Virus record (IMG/VR): IMGVR_UViG_3300020048_000047
Coordinates: 62,001-121,116 of that record
Strand: one strand, 5' to 3'
DNA: 59,116 nt
Origin: an uncultured virus (IMG/VR IMGVR_UViG_3300020048_000047)
Taxonomy: Duplodnaviria; Heunggongvirae; Uroviricota; Caudoviricetes
Made by a program: the position numbers and the translations under genes. Of this stretch, positions 1-11,228 are shown one piece after another (position 1 is the first letter of the stretch; every line of letters starts with the position of its first letter). The notes under the pieces were generated by a model that was given only the letters and a program-made list of their open reading frames with translations, searched no databases and was not told the DNA's origin.

Positions 1-225
1 TGTTAAACCATTATTTAACCATATTCTAGCTACAGTAGCTATGTTGGTTCCTAAGGGTCTAAAACGCATCTTTTGAACATAACCACCATTGGTTGTGTCT
101 GCTGAAAAACATTGATATATTGTACCAGATGTTAAATCTATTGTTGTGTTAGCTGTTGTTGCTGATGTTATCCATTGAACATCTGCTACTCTTGAATAAA
201 TTGGTGCTGTATTAGGTACTGCCAT
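1..225 (-). CDS. Putative virion/tail-appendage protein, 5' part (runs off the left edge)
   Basis: ATG at 225, frame open to the edge: MAVPNTAPIYSRVADVQWITSATTANTTIDLTSGTIYQCFSADTTNGGYVQKMRFRPLGTNIATVARIWLNNGLT. Not in the ORF track; co-oriented with the fibre cluster. Confidence 0.75.
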   Translation of the reverse strand, partial: MAVPNTAPIYSRVADVQWITSATTANTTIDLTSGTIYQCFSADTTNGGYVQKMRFRPLGTNIATVARIWLNNGLT

Positions 226-260
226 TTGATTTTATTTTATTTAGTTTATTATTATTATTA

Positions 261-662
261 TTATATTAAAAAATTACCACTCGCAATTGCTGATACTAGA
301 CCATAATTAAACGTTGAAGTGCTTGTTATTGCTGATGAAGCAATGTATTCTATATTACCAGTTGAAGTATTTCTACTAAGTATTTCGGTGTTAGTATCAT
401 TATTGGTTGGTGTTGTACTAATATTTAATGTGTTAGCACTTAAACCACCTGTAAATACGGTAGCACCACTGACAGTTCCACCAGTAAAAGAACCACCTGT
501 AGATATTGCACCCCAAGTTACACCACCTTGATTTGAATAATTGGTCCCAGTATCAGCATCAATATAAATACTACCCAATGGTGCTGTATGGTCTGGGGTT
601 CCATTACCACTTTGTATTTCTACAAAACCAACCGTTATATGTTTTAAAAATGTTGTTGCCAT
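261..662 (-). CDS. Small Thr/Gly-rich tail-fibre-related protein
   Basis: N-terminus (IQSGNGTPDH..GSIYID) paralogous to 1906..5451; shares FTGGTV..FTGGLSANT and TPTNND..ILSRN modules with other fibre genes. Confidence 0.7.
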   Translation of the reverse strand: MATTFLKHITVGFVEIQSGNGTPDHTAPLGSIYIDADTGTNYSNQGGVTWGAISTGGSFTGGTVSGATVFTGGLSANTLNISTTPTNNDTNTEILSRNTSTGNIEYIASSAITSTSTFNYGLVSAIASGNFLI

Positions 663-672
663 ATATTAATTA

Positions 673-1884
673 TTAAAATGTTTTAAGATTTATTGCACCA
701 TTTACAGTAACACCAGCTGTTATTGGTGTTACGCATAATACCAATTCATCCATAGTATTGTTTAACGTACCACCTAAATAAGAAAGAAAGTCAGCATCAA
801 ATAAACCTGTCGGCATAACACCATTAACATTTATTATACCATTAGCTAAAACACGACCTGGGCTTGTAACTGTTATTGATATTGCAGCTGTGGCTGAGCC
901 ATTAGCTTCTTGGATACCGTCAGATACTACGTCAGCATAAGTTAATGGTGCTGAAAGTGTTGGGTTTAAATTAAGACTCCAATATGCATAATCTGTATTT
1001 GATAATACCATTATTTGAGCACCAGTGACCTTAACAGAATTATCTCTATTAGCTACTTTTTTCCTAACACCTTTTAAAGGGTATGTTGTACCAATAGTTG
1101 CACAAGTGTTTGAAGGCACCGCAGCAGTATTTAATGATTTAACCCCTATATTATATCCAGACTCTCCAACACTGCCTTCAGTTGATACTTGACAACATAT
1201 ATAGTTAAATGAACCTGTACCACCCGTACTTCTTATTTCATAACGAATAGGTTGATTTGGGCTATGAATAAATGTGTCCATAGCCGAACCAGCGTAATTA
1301 ACTGTATGAACCAAAACAAAACCATCATTTGTTTTAAGAAACATTCTTAAAACAGCACCACCGAGCCATAAAAAGTCAAATGCTATTACTGTAAAGTTAT
1401 TCCATGAATAACCAGATACCATTGCGTAATTATCCCAAGATGTCCAAGGCACATTTACTGTAACAACACCAGTGTGTTCTGCTTTCAATCTATATGTTGT
1501 TCCATCATTTTCTAGATAGATACCGTCAGTTGCTGCCGAATATGGAGCAACCGCACTTGAACTAAAATAACCAACTTTTTTTGTAACACCAGATTGTAAT
1601 CCAAAACCATTAAACGTACATTCAATAATTTGTGATTTACCGCTTGAATACGGATTAAATCTCTTTCCTTGTCTAACAACATATTGACCAGTAGTTGCTG
1701 TCATACCAAATTTATTATCAGTATATGCACTAGTGCCAGTTCCTTGTGTATCAAACATGTAATTGTTATCAGCATTAAGAATTTTACCATCAAACAAAGT
1801 TGTCATTTGACTAACTCTTTGTCTACCACCAGCATCCATTGATATTGAACTAGGGTTTATATTTACGTTTTTAAATCCACTCAT
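673..1884 (-). CDS. Putative virion structural protein (beta-rich, lectin-like)
   Basis: 403 aa beta-rich ORF in the fibre cluster; TATTTATA motif 13 nt upstream. Confidence 0.6.
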   Translation of the reverse strand: MSGFKNVNINPSSISMDAGGRQRVSQMTTLFDGKILNADNNYMFDTQGTGTSAYTDNKFGMTATTGQYVVRQGKRFNPYSSGKSQIIECTFNGFGLQSGVTKKVGYFSSSAVAPYSAATDGIYLENDGTTYRLKAEHTGVVTVNVPWTSWDNYAMVSGYSWNNFTVIAFDFLWLGGAVLRMFLKTNDGFVLVHTVNYAGSAMDTFIHSPNQPIRYEIRSTGGTGSFNYICCQVSTEGSVGESGYNIGVKSLNTAAVPSNTCATIGTTYPLKGVRKKVANRDNSVKVTGAQIMVLSNTDYAYWSLNLNPTLSAPLTYADVVSDGIQEANGSATAAISITVTSPGRVLANGIINVNGVMPTGLFDADFLSYLGGTLNNTMDELVLCVTPITAGVTVNGAINLKTF

Positions 1885-1897
1885 ATTCTTATTTTAT

Positions 1898-1905
1898 TAT
1901 AAATA
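1898..1905 (-). promoter_or_regulatory. Putative late promoter motif TATTTATA
   Basis: Sense-strand TATTTATA just upstream of the ATG at 1884; one of about 12 such sites. Confidence 0.6.
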
Positions 1906-4900
1906 TTATATTATTCTCCATTTTGTATTATTACTTACAACATCTAACCATTCTTCTGGTTGTAGCGTAAATGTTATTGGGTTTCCGCTAGGTTTATTCC
2001 CTATTTCTTGACTACTAGTTGTGTTAACGATAACATTACCTAAACTAGCGTTAATCACACGATATGGTGTACCTAATGAACCTACAGCTGTTGGTAGTGT
2101 AATAGTACAAGCTGAAGTAGCTTCAACAGTAAAACCACTAGTTGTTAATGTATAGTTTGTTGACGTTATAACATATTTTAAATTAGCTGGCATTGGAATA
2201 GTAAAACCTTCGTCAATTACTTCAAAATAAGATGTCCAACTATAAGTATTAGCATTTACACCAGTAACTAATATATCTATTGTATTATCACTAATACCAC
2301 TATAAACAATCGCACCACCAGTAAATCCAGATGAAACTTTATCCAATACGTTACTTTCGTAAACAATTGTTGGGGTTCCACCAGTTGTAACAACACCAAG
2401 GATTCTTTTCCATACACCATATTCAGTAAGTGATTTACTTGCTGTAATATATGATTCTACAATATAAGTTCCACTTGTAAATCCACTAATAACACCTAAT
2501 AAAGTTTGTGTATTACCTGTTGTTACTAATACGTTTTTCTCTCTTAATGCGGCTCCAATACCTAAATCAATATTAAAACCTGTTGGTGTTGATGTTATAT
2601 TTATTGTTGCACCAGTTGAAGTTAATGTTCCACCTGTATATAAACCAGTTACATTGAATGTACCACCTGTATTGTTAGTAAAGATAGCTGTTCCGTTTGA
2701 GTAAGTACCACCAGTTGTATAAATATCAGTTGGTAAACCAAAATAAGTACCACCAGATATTGTATTTGCAGTTAATCCGTTGGTAAATATAGTTGGACCA
2801 GTTACGGTACCACCAGTAAATGTTCCGCTACCACCAATTGTTGATGCATTTCTATAATTAACTGAACCATCGGTATTTCTAACCAATACTTGAGTTAAAG
2901 CATCATTATTAGTTGGTGTTGCGGTTATATAAACTGTTTGTGCACTAGCAGTTGTGGCACTAGTACTACCGTCAGCTCTTATAAATGATGTAGTCGTTCC
3001 AGCAGTATTTTTACCTTCTATTAATGTAGTTATATTGTCAGCATTTCCAGTACCATTTTGAATTGATAATCCGTCAAGTATTGAATTAATGATGATTTCT
3101 GGTGTTGTGCTATTATTATACGCTTGTTGTAAAGATGTTGTAGAAATACCATTAACGCCCCCAACACTTTCACCGAATATACTAGCTGGTGTAAATACAG
3201 CATAAGTAGTACTATTCAAGACTGTTGACGCTCTTCTAACCGCTAATAACCCGATTAATATGCCTGTTGTCTTAACGTTAGGTGCCTTAACAAACGTTTC
3301 TGTTTGTTGGGCTGCCAATGCCAATGCTAACGTTTCATAAACTTGTTGACCATATTGTATATTAATATTACCAGATGGGTATAAATAAATTCTTTGATTG
3401 GTAGACCTATTTGCGTTACCATCGCCACCTGTTGGAATTGCGGTTATAACACCATTTAAGTCATAATTATTTGGGTCAATCAAAGTAACATATGTACTAG
3501 TACCACCAGTTTGTGTTCTATAATTAAAATCAGCTATTGTTTTTGCACTGATAGTAACTTCATTTGGGTTTAATTCATTATTAACCCAATTAATACCCAT
3601 ACCATATAAATTCCCACTATTAATGTTAAAATTAAGGTTGGCACCATTTGGATAACAAGTAACACTATCATTAATTAATTTAATTGATACAAACATATCT
3701 CTTAAAGCAGACATCGGGCTCACACTATAATCAACATTATTATTAATTGATATAATAGTAGAATGGTCTGGATGGGCTATTTTACCTAAAAGTATATTTT
3801 CTCTACGTTGTTGTGCAGTTGGGTATGATGTTTGTTGGAAAATTGTATTTCCCGTTGTTAATAAAATATAAGTTTCATCAGCAGATGCAATATTTGTTAC
3901 AGTTAAACCAGTTTCACCAGTATAATTAACAAGTGTTGTATCTGGTGCAAGAGCGGTGTCATATGTGTTATGAACTATCCAACCTCTTGCTGGTGCTACA
4001 TTAAAAGTATTTGTTGATGCTGTTGTTATACCGCTAAATTGATAAACACCAGTTGAACTGACATTACCATTTAAAATATTAATTTCTCTATCGGTTAACG
4101 ATAATGATGTGTTTTCATTTCTAATACTAACAAGGATTTTACCTGTAGTTGTACCAGTATTTATTACCCTACCAATTTTATTAATCCTAGAACTTAACGC
4201 TATATTATTTGTATCATATTCGAATCCACCAACAACCTTATCAGAAAGATATACAGTACTACCAGCTGTAGTTCCAGTAATCATTAAATCTCTAACAATA
4301 CCAAAATTAGTTATAAAACCATAAGAACCATTAGCTATATCATGTGTTGCAACACCAGAAACTTCACTATCATCATATACGATGTTACCAGTAGCTAATG
4401 TAACCGTTGGTGCACCATCAGTACTTCCATTTATGTGACATACTTGACCATTATTGATTTGTACACCAGTATTGTTATAGACTCTAATTAAATTTTCTTC
4501 ACCAATATTAAGTGTTACATCCATATTTGGTGTATTCGGAAAATATGATAAAGCATTTTCATTTGGGTCAAAATAAACTCTACCAGCAACAGGTGTTACT
4601 GTTGTTGCGGTACTACCAGTTGCAAAATCTAGATATTGATTAACATGAATTGTGTCGGCACTAATACTTGTTGCTGATAAACCACCATTAATAGTTAAAC
4701 CAGTCATAGTATTTATTGTAATATTTGATGTTGTCCCAGAATTGGTTGTAAATGTTATAACATTATTTGAATAACTAGCACCAGTAAAATAGGTTCCAAG
4801 AGTTGTTCCCGTATTAAATCCAGTTACAGTAAATGTACCACCTGTATTATTAGTAAATGTAGCTATACCAGTAACATCAGAGTAAGTACCACCAGTTACC

Positions 4901-5451
4901 TTTGTATCTTGTGTTGAAATACCTGTTAAATTAGAACCGTTACCATAAAAATAATCACCTGTTATACTAGACGCTGAAAAGCTTGGTGCCGTAACCGCAC
5001 CTAAGAATGAAGCACCAGAAAGAGTAGCAAGACCAGTTTGTTGTAAAAGAATTTTTTCATTACCACCATTGTTAACTATAGTAACCGTAATATTTGTACT
5101 ACCAGTTATTTTTTGATTAAGGAAACCAGCAGTAGTATCACTAGAACTAGCTTTAACTTCTTTTGTATCACCAGAACCAGCTGTTAAATCGGCTATAGTA
5201 GCGAATACGTTGCTAGAACTTGGTGTATTGGCATCATTTATTGCATCATATTGGTTTTGTGTTAATAGAAAAGCGTAATTTGAATCTATTTCTTCGGCCC
5301 ATGTTGATATACCATTTTTATTTATGTATTGGATAGCAGTATCCATATCAACATATATAGAACCTTTAGTTGATATATGTGTTGGAACGCCATTACCGCT
5401 TTGTATAAGAACTGAACCTACAGATACTGACCTAATATTAGTTGATGCCAT
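1906..5451 (-). CDS. Large modular tail fibre/appendage protein
   Basis: 1181 aa, very T/G/S/N-rich, TGGTYSNGTAIFTNNTGGTF repeats, C-terminal ITLPTA..LQPEEWLDVVS fibre-tip-like domain. Confidence 0.75.
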   Translation of the reverse strand: MASTNIRSVSVGSVLIQSGNGVPTHISTKGSIYVDMDTAIQYINKNGISTWAEEIDSNYAFLLTQNQYDAINDANTPSSSNVFATIADLTAGSGDTKEVKASSSDTTAGFLNQKITGSTNITVTIVNNGGNEKILLQQTGLATLSGASFLGAVTAPSFSASSITGDYFYGNGSNLTGISTQDTKVTGGTYSDVTGIATFTNNTGGTFTVTGFNTGTTLGTYFTGASYSNNVITFTTNSGTTSNITINTMTGLTINGGLSATSISADTIHVNQYLDFATGSTATTVTPVAGRVYFDPNENALSYFPNTPNMDVTLNIGEENLIRVYNNTGVQINNGQVCHINGSTDGAPTVTLATGNIVYDDSEVSGVATHDIANGSYGFITNFGIVRDLMITGTTAGSTVYLSDKVVGGFEYDTNNIALSSRINKIGRVINTGTTTGKILVSIRNENTSLSLTDREINILNGNVSSTGVYQFSGITTASTNTFNVAPARGWIVHNTYDTALAPDTTLVNYTGETGLTVTNIASADETYILLTTGNTIFQQTSYPTAQQRRENILLGKIAHPDHSTIISINNNVDYSVSPMSALRDMFVSIKLINDSVTCYPNGANLNFNINSGNLYGMGINWVNNELNPNEVTISAKTIADFNYRTQTGGTSTYVTLIDPNNYDLNGVITAIPTGGDGNANRSTNQRIYLYPSGNINIQYGQQVYETLALALAAQQTETFVKAPNVKTTGILIGLLAVRRASTVLNSTTYAVFTPASIFGESVGGVNGISTTSLQQAYNNSTTPEIIINSILDGLSIQNGTGNADNITTLIEGKNTAGTTTSFIRADGSTSATTASAQTVYITATPTNNDALTQVLVRNTDGSVNYRNASTIGGSGTFTGGTVTGPTIFTNGLTANTISGGTYFGLPTDIYTTGGTYSNGTAIFTNNTGGTFNVTGLYTGGTLTSTGATINITSTPTGFNIDLGIGAALREKNVLVTTGNTQTLLGVISGFTSGTYIVESYITASKSLTEYGVWKRILGVVTTGGTPTIVYESNVLDKVSSGFTGGAIVYSGISDNTIDILVTGVNANTYSWTSYFEVIDEGFTIPMPANLKYVITSTNYTLTTSGFTVEATSACTITLPTAVGSLGTPYRVINASLGNVIVNTTSSQEIGNKPSGNPITFTLQPEEWLDVVSNNTKWRII

Positions 5452-5482
5452 TTATTTATTCTTTATTTTTAAGTTATTATAT

Positions 5483-5490
5483 TATAAATA
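5483..5490 (-). promoter_or_regulatory. Putative late promoter motif TATTTATA
   Basis: Sense-strand motif upstream of the ATG at 5451. Confidence 0.55.
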
Positions 5491-5497
5491 TCTAAAA

Positions 5498-7174
5498 CTA
5501 TCTTATTATTTCCCAATTTGATGACCAAGTATAATTTTTAGCTGTTTCACCACTAATTCTGATACTTACATTTCCACTATTTGCAGAATATATTACCGAA
5601 TTAGGTGTCATTCCACTTGAAATTCTATCAAAATCAGAATTTTCTCCAATAATTGTTAAAATTCCAGAAACTTTATTAACCGCAAGTGTTCTTTTCCAAA
5701 ATCCATAATCAATATTATCTTTATATGCTGAAACATACGAAACAATAAATGAATTTGCATTATTTGTTATCCCACTTAGTGTATCAATCGTCAATATTGT
5801 ACTATTTGTTGTTGTTGCACTCGCATTAGTTAACAATCTAAATGGTAATATCGTGTCAATATTAACATTATCGTTTCTAGTTAGTCTTAAATTCTTTGTA
5901 CTAGGTGTAAATGTAGTACCAGTGACATAAACATCGGTACTTCCAGTATAAAAACCACTAACAGTAAATGTACCACCAGTATTATTTCTGAAGGTAGCTA
6001 GACCAGTTGAATTATTATATGTACCGCCAGTAACATAAACATCAGTTGAACCTGTATATAAACCACTAACATTAAATGTACCGCCAGTAGTATTAATAAA
6101 GGTTAATGAACCATTAGAATATGTACCGCCAGTAATAGTAATATCAGTTAAAGCGGCTACAGTGAATGTACCGCCAGTATTATTAGTAAACACATATGTT
6201 TTACCTGTATTATTTGCCGTACCGCCAGTAACATAAACATCGGTAACCCCAGTATAGTATCCAACTATGCTGAATGTACCACCAGTATTATTGGTAAAGA
6301 TTGTTGTTCCGTTTGAGTAAGTACCACCAGTAATATTGATATCCGTTAACGAATTGACATTGAACGTACCACCAGTTGAGTTTGAGAAGGTATAAAGTCT
6401 TAAAGTATTGTTAGGTGTACCGCCAGTGACATATGGTAGGCCCGTAATACTAGACCCATCACCGTATATTTTATTAGCGTTGATGGTATCTGCGGTAAAA
6501 CCACTAGTACTTAATGTATTAAATGAACCATCATTAGAACCAATACTATTAGCCATTACGACATCTAAATAAGTTATACCTGTTACGGTAAAATTACCAT
6601 TGATTGTTAAACCAGTAAATGTATTGATATATGTGTTTAAACTAATACCATCATTTCTAACAATAAGTAATTGATTATCAGTAAAAGTAACACCAGTAGA
6701 ATATGTATCAGCGGTAAATGTATCTAAATTTAAAGTATATGCTGATAAAGTATCATTTCTATCAAAATAAACGGTAGTTCCGATAAGTGTTGCCCCAGTA
6801 GTATAATAGTCAGTTAAACCAGTAACGCTAATTATGTTCCCATTAGTTTTATAAAGGCTAAGTGTATCGGTAATATTATCAAATGTACCACCAGTAATAT
6901 TATTAGCATCTATTATGTTAAATAAATTGGTGCCGCCACTATAAAATGCTGAAGCGTTAATAGTTGTTGCCGTTAAATCATTATTGGTATATAAATTACC
7001 ATCAAAAGTAATTATACCACTACCCATGAAGATTTGTGTGTCACCACTACAAGAGATAACAGCATTTGTATATAATGCCGTACACGCAGTTAATGTTGGA
7101 CTACCACCAGTAATTGATAGCTGTTCAATAATAAATGTTTCGTTGATACTTGAAGAATTACTTATGCAGCTCAT
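5498..7174 (-). CDS. Tail fibre-like protein with TGGT repeats
   Basis: About 6 copies of a ~32-aa DVYVTGGT..FTNNTGGTF repeat; C-terminal domain (YGFWKR..DRISSG) paralogous to the YGVWKR..DKVSSG domain of 1906..5451. Confidence 0.75.
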   Translation of the reverse strand: MSCISNSSSINETFIIEQLSITGGSPTLTACTALYTNAVISCSGDTQIFMGSGIITFDGNLYTNNDLTATTINASAFYSGGTNLFNIIDANNITGGTFDNITDTLSLYKTNGNIISVTGLTDYYTTGATLIGTTVYFDRNDTLSAYTLNLDTFTADTYSTGVTFTDNQLLIVRNDGISLNTYINTFTGLTINGNFTVTGITYLDVVMANSIGSNDGSFNTLSTSGFTADTINANKIYGDGSSITGLPYVTGGTPNNTLRLYTFSNSTGGTFNVNSLTDINITGGTYSNGTTIFTNNTGGTFSIVGYYTGVTDVYVTGGTANNTGKTYVFTNNTGGTFTVAALTDITITGGTYSNGSLTFINTTGGTFNVSGLYTGSTDVYVTGGTYNNSTGLATFRNNTGGTFTVSGFYTGSTDVYVTGTTFTPSTKNLRLTRNDNVNIDTILPFRLLTNASATTTNSTILTIDTLSGITNNANSFIVSYVSAYKDNIDYGFWKRTLAVNKVSGILTIIGENSDFDRISSGMTPNSVIYSANSGNVSIRISGETAKNYTWSSNWEIIR

Positions 7175-7175
7175 A

Positions 7176-8237
7176 TTATATTGTATTTCCTATTAATTTA
7201 AAAATTCCGTCATTATAAAATCCTTTATAAACCCTAACATTAACTGTATCGTTAGCATTTATTATTAAAGGTGTTGATAGTACAGTTCCATCGAAAACAC
7301 TGATACCATTAATTGATATTATTATTCTAGTAATGTTTTGTATATCAATTAATTGTGTAAAACTTACACCATATTTAGCTATAAATGTAAATTGTGGTTC
7401 GGCTTTAGGTTTAAAATCGAATGTATAAGTAACACCATTAAGATTTGATATTGGTTCAAAAATAACGTTACTATTTATTTTTATTTGTTCTTCTACTTCC
7501 ATACTAAACATAGTTCTATTTGCGGTTGGAACAACTTCATAATCATCTTCATCTTGGATATACCCTAAAAGTTTCATTTCGAAGAGTTGAACATAAAATC
7601 TTCTGTTTTCTAAATCATCTATATTGCTTTCATCACCGATACTTTCTAAGTGTAAAGGCATTGGATGTCCGTTAACATTAATATAACATTGTCTAGATTG
7701 AAAAGCTCTTTGAATAGCTCTATTAAATTTATTCAAATCTTGCATTCTATTTGTAAATAACCTAATTTCGTATGACATATCTACTGATGTTGGTTGTGGT
7801 ATTTTATATAAATCAACACCGTGTCTAACACCATCCCAAGTAGGAACTTTGAGTGTTGTGTATGTTCGATTACCTGGAATATTCCATAATCCAGCTTGGT
7901 TTTGACCTTGTTGAATATCTGGTTTTCTAATAACTGTAATGAATGGAAGTTCGATATTTTTATATTTATCGGCAAATTGCCATGTTTTACTAAATTCTGT
8001 CCATCTTTGAATAGTCAGAAATATAACTGGAACCTTAGTTCCATCAATATTTAATGACATACGTTTATCAGACTCAATAAACTCTAGAACTGATTGGTCC
8101 ATATCTTCTTCTAATACACCTCTAGGTAGAAAGGTACCGTTATCGGTTATACCATCGAGTATTTCTTGTCTACGTTCTGGTCCAATTTTACCTACTTTTA
8201 TATTAATGTTGGTTCTAAAACCTTTTGGTACTGCCAT
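7176..8237 (-). CDS. Tail completion/terminator protein (T4 gp15-like)
   Basis: LPFITVIR and PTSVDMSYEIRLFT resemble gp15-family motifs; next to a gp14-like gene. Confidence 0.55.
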   Translation of the reverse strand: MAVPKGFRTNINIKVGKIGPERRQEILDGITDNGTFLPRGVLEEDMDQSVLEFIESDKRMSLNIDGTKVPVIFLTIQRWTEFSKTWQFADKYKNIELPFITVIRKPDIQQGQNQAGLWNIPGNRTYTTLKVPTWDGVRHGVDLYKIPQPTSVDMSYEIRLFTNRMQDLNKFNRAIQRAFQSRQCYINVNGHPMPLHLESIGDESNIDDLENRRFYVQLFEMKLLGYIQDEDDYEVVPTANRTMFSMEVEEQIKINSNVIFEPISNLNGVTYTFDFKPKAEPQFTFIAKYGVSFTQLIDIQNITRIIISINGISVFDGTVLSTPLIINANDTVNVRVYKGFYNDGIFKLIGNTI

Positions 8238-8255
8238 TTTAATTTAATTTTAAGT

Positions 8256-8777
8256 TTATACTCCACGGAATTCTGATGCATCAACAGTTGCACAAATAAC
8301 TGTTCTGAAAGCACTTTTATATCCCATTATTGTATGTTTGTTATCGTAATTTTTAATACCATCATTAACAACACTGAAATACCTTATTTCAGTTTCGGAA
8401 ACTGGGTAACCAATATAATCACCATAACTTAATGATGTTTTTAAATCGGTTAATTGTTGGTCATAAATACCAAAAGTTAATTGCCCATCAGCTATATATC
8501 TAAGACCACCATTTGGATTATAAGCCTTATTCTCTGGCTCGGCCATAATAGGTATTACTTTTAGTTCTAGTGGTGGGAAAAATCTAATACCATCTTTTGA
8601 TGCTTCACCATAAAGATTACTAGCTTCAGACATTTCACTATCAACTCTATAAAGAATTACAGTGAAATTTCCATCACCTTCAATAGCTTCTCTACCCATA
8701 CTAATTTCTAAATCGAAATCTTCATGTGCAAACCACTTATTAATACGTGTAATTGGGGTTAATTTTTTATCGTTCAT
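8256..8777 (-). CDS. Head closure/neck protein (T4 gp14-like)
   Basis: VILYRVD..NLYGEA..F.PP.EL pattern and GDYI motif typical of head-closure proteins; late motif upstream. Confidence 0.55.
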   Translation of the reverse strand: MNDKKLTPITRINKWFAHEDFDLEISMGREAIEGDGNFTVILYRVDSEMSEASNLYGEASKDGIRFFPPLELKVIPIMAEPENKAYNPNGGLRYIADGQLTFGIYDQQLTDLKTSLSYGDYIGYPVSETEIRYFSVVNDGIKNYDNKHTIMGYKSAFRTVICATVDASEFRGV

Positions 8778-8787
8778 TGTTTTTTAT

Positions 8788-8795
8788 TATAAATA
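8788..8795 (-). promoter_or_regulatory. Putative late promoter motif TATTTATA
   Basis: Sense-strand motif 10 nt upstream of the ATG at 8777. Confidence 0.6.
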
Positions 8796-8825
8796 TTTAT
8801 CTTTTGGTTAATAAATAATAAACCC

Positions 8826-8856
8826 TTGATTTTTACGAAAAGTTTTATTATATTTA
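8826..8856 (+). promoter_or_regulatory. Host-type (Bacteroidota sigma-A-like) promoter of the helicase
   Basis: TTG-N20-TATATTTA, one mismatch to TAnnTTTG. Confidence 0.5.
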
Positions 8857-8888
8857 GTAACAATCACTAGGAATTAAACTAAAAAAAT

Positions 8889-10733
8889 TTGATAAATTTA
8901 AACGATATTAAAGGACATAACGCTTTATCTATAATAGGTGACTATCAAGGTATTAATCCATACTTATTAAAACTTAAAGTTGAGTACTTAAAAAATAAAA
9001 AATTAGCATTGACTGAAAATCAGTCTTCATATATTCTCAATAATTATAATAGAGAACCACAATATATTAATCGAGTAGTTAGTATTACTAGTTTTTTAGG
9101 TGAATCGCTTAAAAAACAAGAGGAATTAACATTTACACCAGAAAAAATTCTAATTGAATTTATACTTGCTGAAACAGAAAAAACATTTCACATATATGGC
9201 AAGCTTAAACAAAATCAGAAAGAATCTAAAATGTATTTCATACCAAAAACCCAATTAACTGATGACCCATATTTTGAACCTATTGATATTGAAGTTGATT
9301 TTGAAAAATATGATAAAATACTTGGTAAGTTAAATCCACCCAAAAAGTTATATCAACACCAAAAAGATGGTGTTAAATTTTTATTATGTAGAAATGGTAG
9401 TATTCTTGCCGATGATATGGGCTTAGGTAAATCAATGACTTCAATCATTGCGGCTGTTGAAAGTGGTGCTGAAAATATTCTAGTTGTTTGCCCTTCATCT
9501 GCTAAGATTAACTGGGAACGTGAAATAAATGTTTTTTGTAAAGATACTGCAATTGTAGATGGTAAAAAATGGGCGAAAGCTAAATTCACCATTATTAATT
9601 TTGACATTCTTAAAAACTTTCATACTCTTGTTAATACAAGAAAACAATTAACTGATGAACAAATTTCACAAATCAACAGAGATTTAGTAAATTCTAATTT
9701 TGATATAGCTATTGTCGATGAAGCACATAATCTTAAGAATAACGAAAGTATTCGTGGGAAAATTATGGTTGAACTATGCGTTAAACATAATATTCCAAAG
9801 GTTTGGTTATTGACTGGTACACCTGTTGCAAATAGACCTATGGACTTCTTTAATTTATTAAAGATAATTAAGAGCCCTATAGCGGAAAATTGGCGACATT
9901 ATGCTACTAGATACTGTGAGGGTAAACAGTTCTTTAAAACGCTTAAAAATGGCCAAAGAAAGCAAATTTGGTTAACCAATGGTGCTAGTAATTTAGATGA
10001 GTTAGCTTCTAAAACAAAAAACATTCTTTTAAGAAGAATGAAAAAAGATGTATTGGACATGCCAGATAAGGTAATAACACCAGTATATCATAGGTTAAGT
10101 ACTAAAAGTCTTGTTAAATACGATGAACTTTGGAATGAATATTTGCTTAAACGAGAAGCTGAGGGTAAAAATACTGATTTACAAAAAGACCTTGTTGAAT
10201 TGATATTATTAAGACAATTCATTGCCGCTGAAGCCATTCCAGATACTATTGAAATGGTTGAAAATGCATTGGAAGCTGGTAGGAAAGTTATTATTTTCAC
10301 TAGTTTCACAGATGAATTAGAAATTTTATGGCACCATTTTGGTAAAATATGTGTTAAACATAATGGTCCTATGACCAATAGACAAAAACAACATTCTGTT
10401 GATGAATTCCAAAATAACCCTAAGATAAAAATATTTATTGGTAATATAAAATCTGCTGGTGTTGCTATTACCCTTACTGAAGCTACGGTTGTTATATTTA
10501 ACTCATTTTCATGGGTTACTGGTGATAATGAACAAGCTGAAGATAGGTCTTATCGTATAGGTCAAAAAAATGATGTAGCAGTATATTATCAATTATTTGA
10601 AGACACAATATCAACTAGAATGTGGGAAGTACTTAAAAACAAAAAATCGGTGATTAATACTATACTTGGTGAAAAAACAACGTGTAATGAAACTGAAGAG
10701 ATAATTAATTCAATATTAAATGGGGAATTATAA
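8889..10733 (+). CDS. SNF2/SWI2-family helicase (DEAH)
   Basis: Walker A LADDMGLGKS, IVDEAH, LLTGTP, motif VI QAEDRSYRIGQ; TTG start. Confidence 0.93.
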   Translation: MINLNDIKGHNALSIIGDYQGINPYLLKLKVEYLKNKKLALTENQSSYILNNYNREPQYINRVVSITSFLGESLKKQEELTFTPEKILIEFILAETEKTFHIYGKLKQNQKESKMYFIPKTQLTDDPYFEPIDIEVDFEKYDKILGKLNPPKKLYQHQKDGVKFLLCRNGSILADDMGLGKSMTSIIAAVESGAENILVVCPSSAKINWEREINVFCKDTAIVDGKKWAKAKFTIINFDILKNFHTLVNTRKQLTDEQISQINRDLVNSNFDIAIVDEAHNLKNNESIRGKIMVELCVKHNIPKVWLLTGTPVANRPMDFFNLLKIIKSPIAENWRHYATRYCEGKQFFKTLKNGQRKQIWLTNGASNLDELASKTKNILLRRMKKDVLDMPDKVITPVYHRLSTKSLVKYDELWNEYLLKREAEGKNTDLQKDLVELILLRQFIAAEAIPDTIEMVENALEAGRKVIIFTSFTDELEILWHHFGKICVKHNGPMTNRQKQHSVDEFQNNPKIKIFIGNIKSAGVAITLTEATVVIFNSFSWVTGDNEQAEDRSYRIGQKNDVAVYYQLFEDTISTRMWEVLKNKKSVINTILGEKTTCNETEEIINSILNGEL

Positions 10734-11228
10734 TTTTTTTCTCCTTAATTTATTTCTGTTTAAATTACCTTCATAAACAACACCATTTATTTCCCTAGTT
10801 GTTGACCACATCGGTCTTAAATTAGATAATGCATTAACTATATTAGGTGGTGTATCTTCTGAAAATTCAATAACATTTTTAATATGGTCAACATGCCACT
10901 CACCATGATTATCCCATGACATACCATCAGTAAATAATGTTTCTATATGTTCTTTAAATTCTAGAGCTGAGTAACCAAGAAGGTCAATTGTATAACCTTC
11001 TTTTTTACCATTCATTCTCCATATTGACATTTTTAAAACACTTCTCCATAACCCAACATGTTTATTTGATTTTTTATATTCCAAACGTTTATCTCTATTT
11101 TCAATATTATATTTTCGTTTATATTCATTTTTACAGTTTTTACATAAACTATAGTAATAAGTACCATTTCTAGGAAAATCAGTTAATGGTTTTTCGTAAC
11201 CGCATTTACTGCAAATCTTCTTTTCCAT
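10728..11228 (-). CDS. HNH homing endonuclease with N-terminal Zn finger
   Basis: CSKC..CKNC zinc finger; GMSWDNHGEWHVDHI..NALSNLRPMW HNH-type core. Confidence 0.8.
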   Translation of the reverse strand: MEKKICSKCGYEKPLTDFPRNGTYYYSLCKNCKNEYKRKYNIENRDKRLEYKKSNKHVGLWRSVLKMSIWRMNGKKEGYTIDLLGYSALEFKEHIETLFTDGMSWDNHGEWHVDHIKNVIEFSEDTPPNIVNALSNLRPMWSTTREINGVVYEGNLNRNKLRRKKL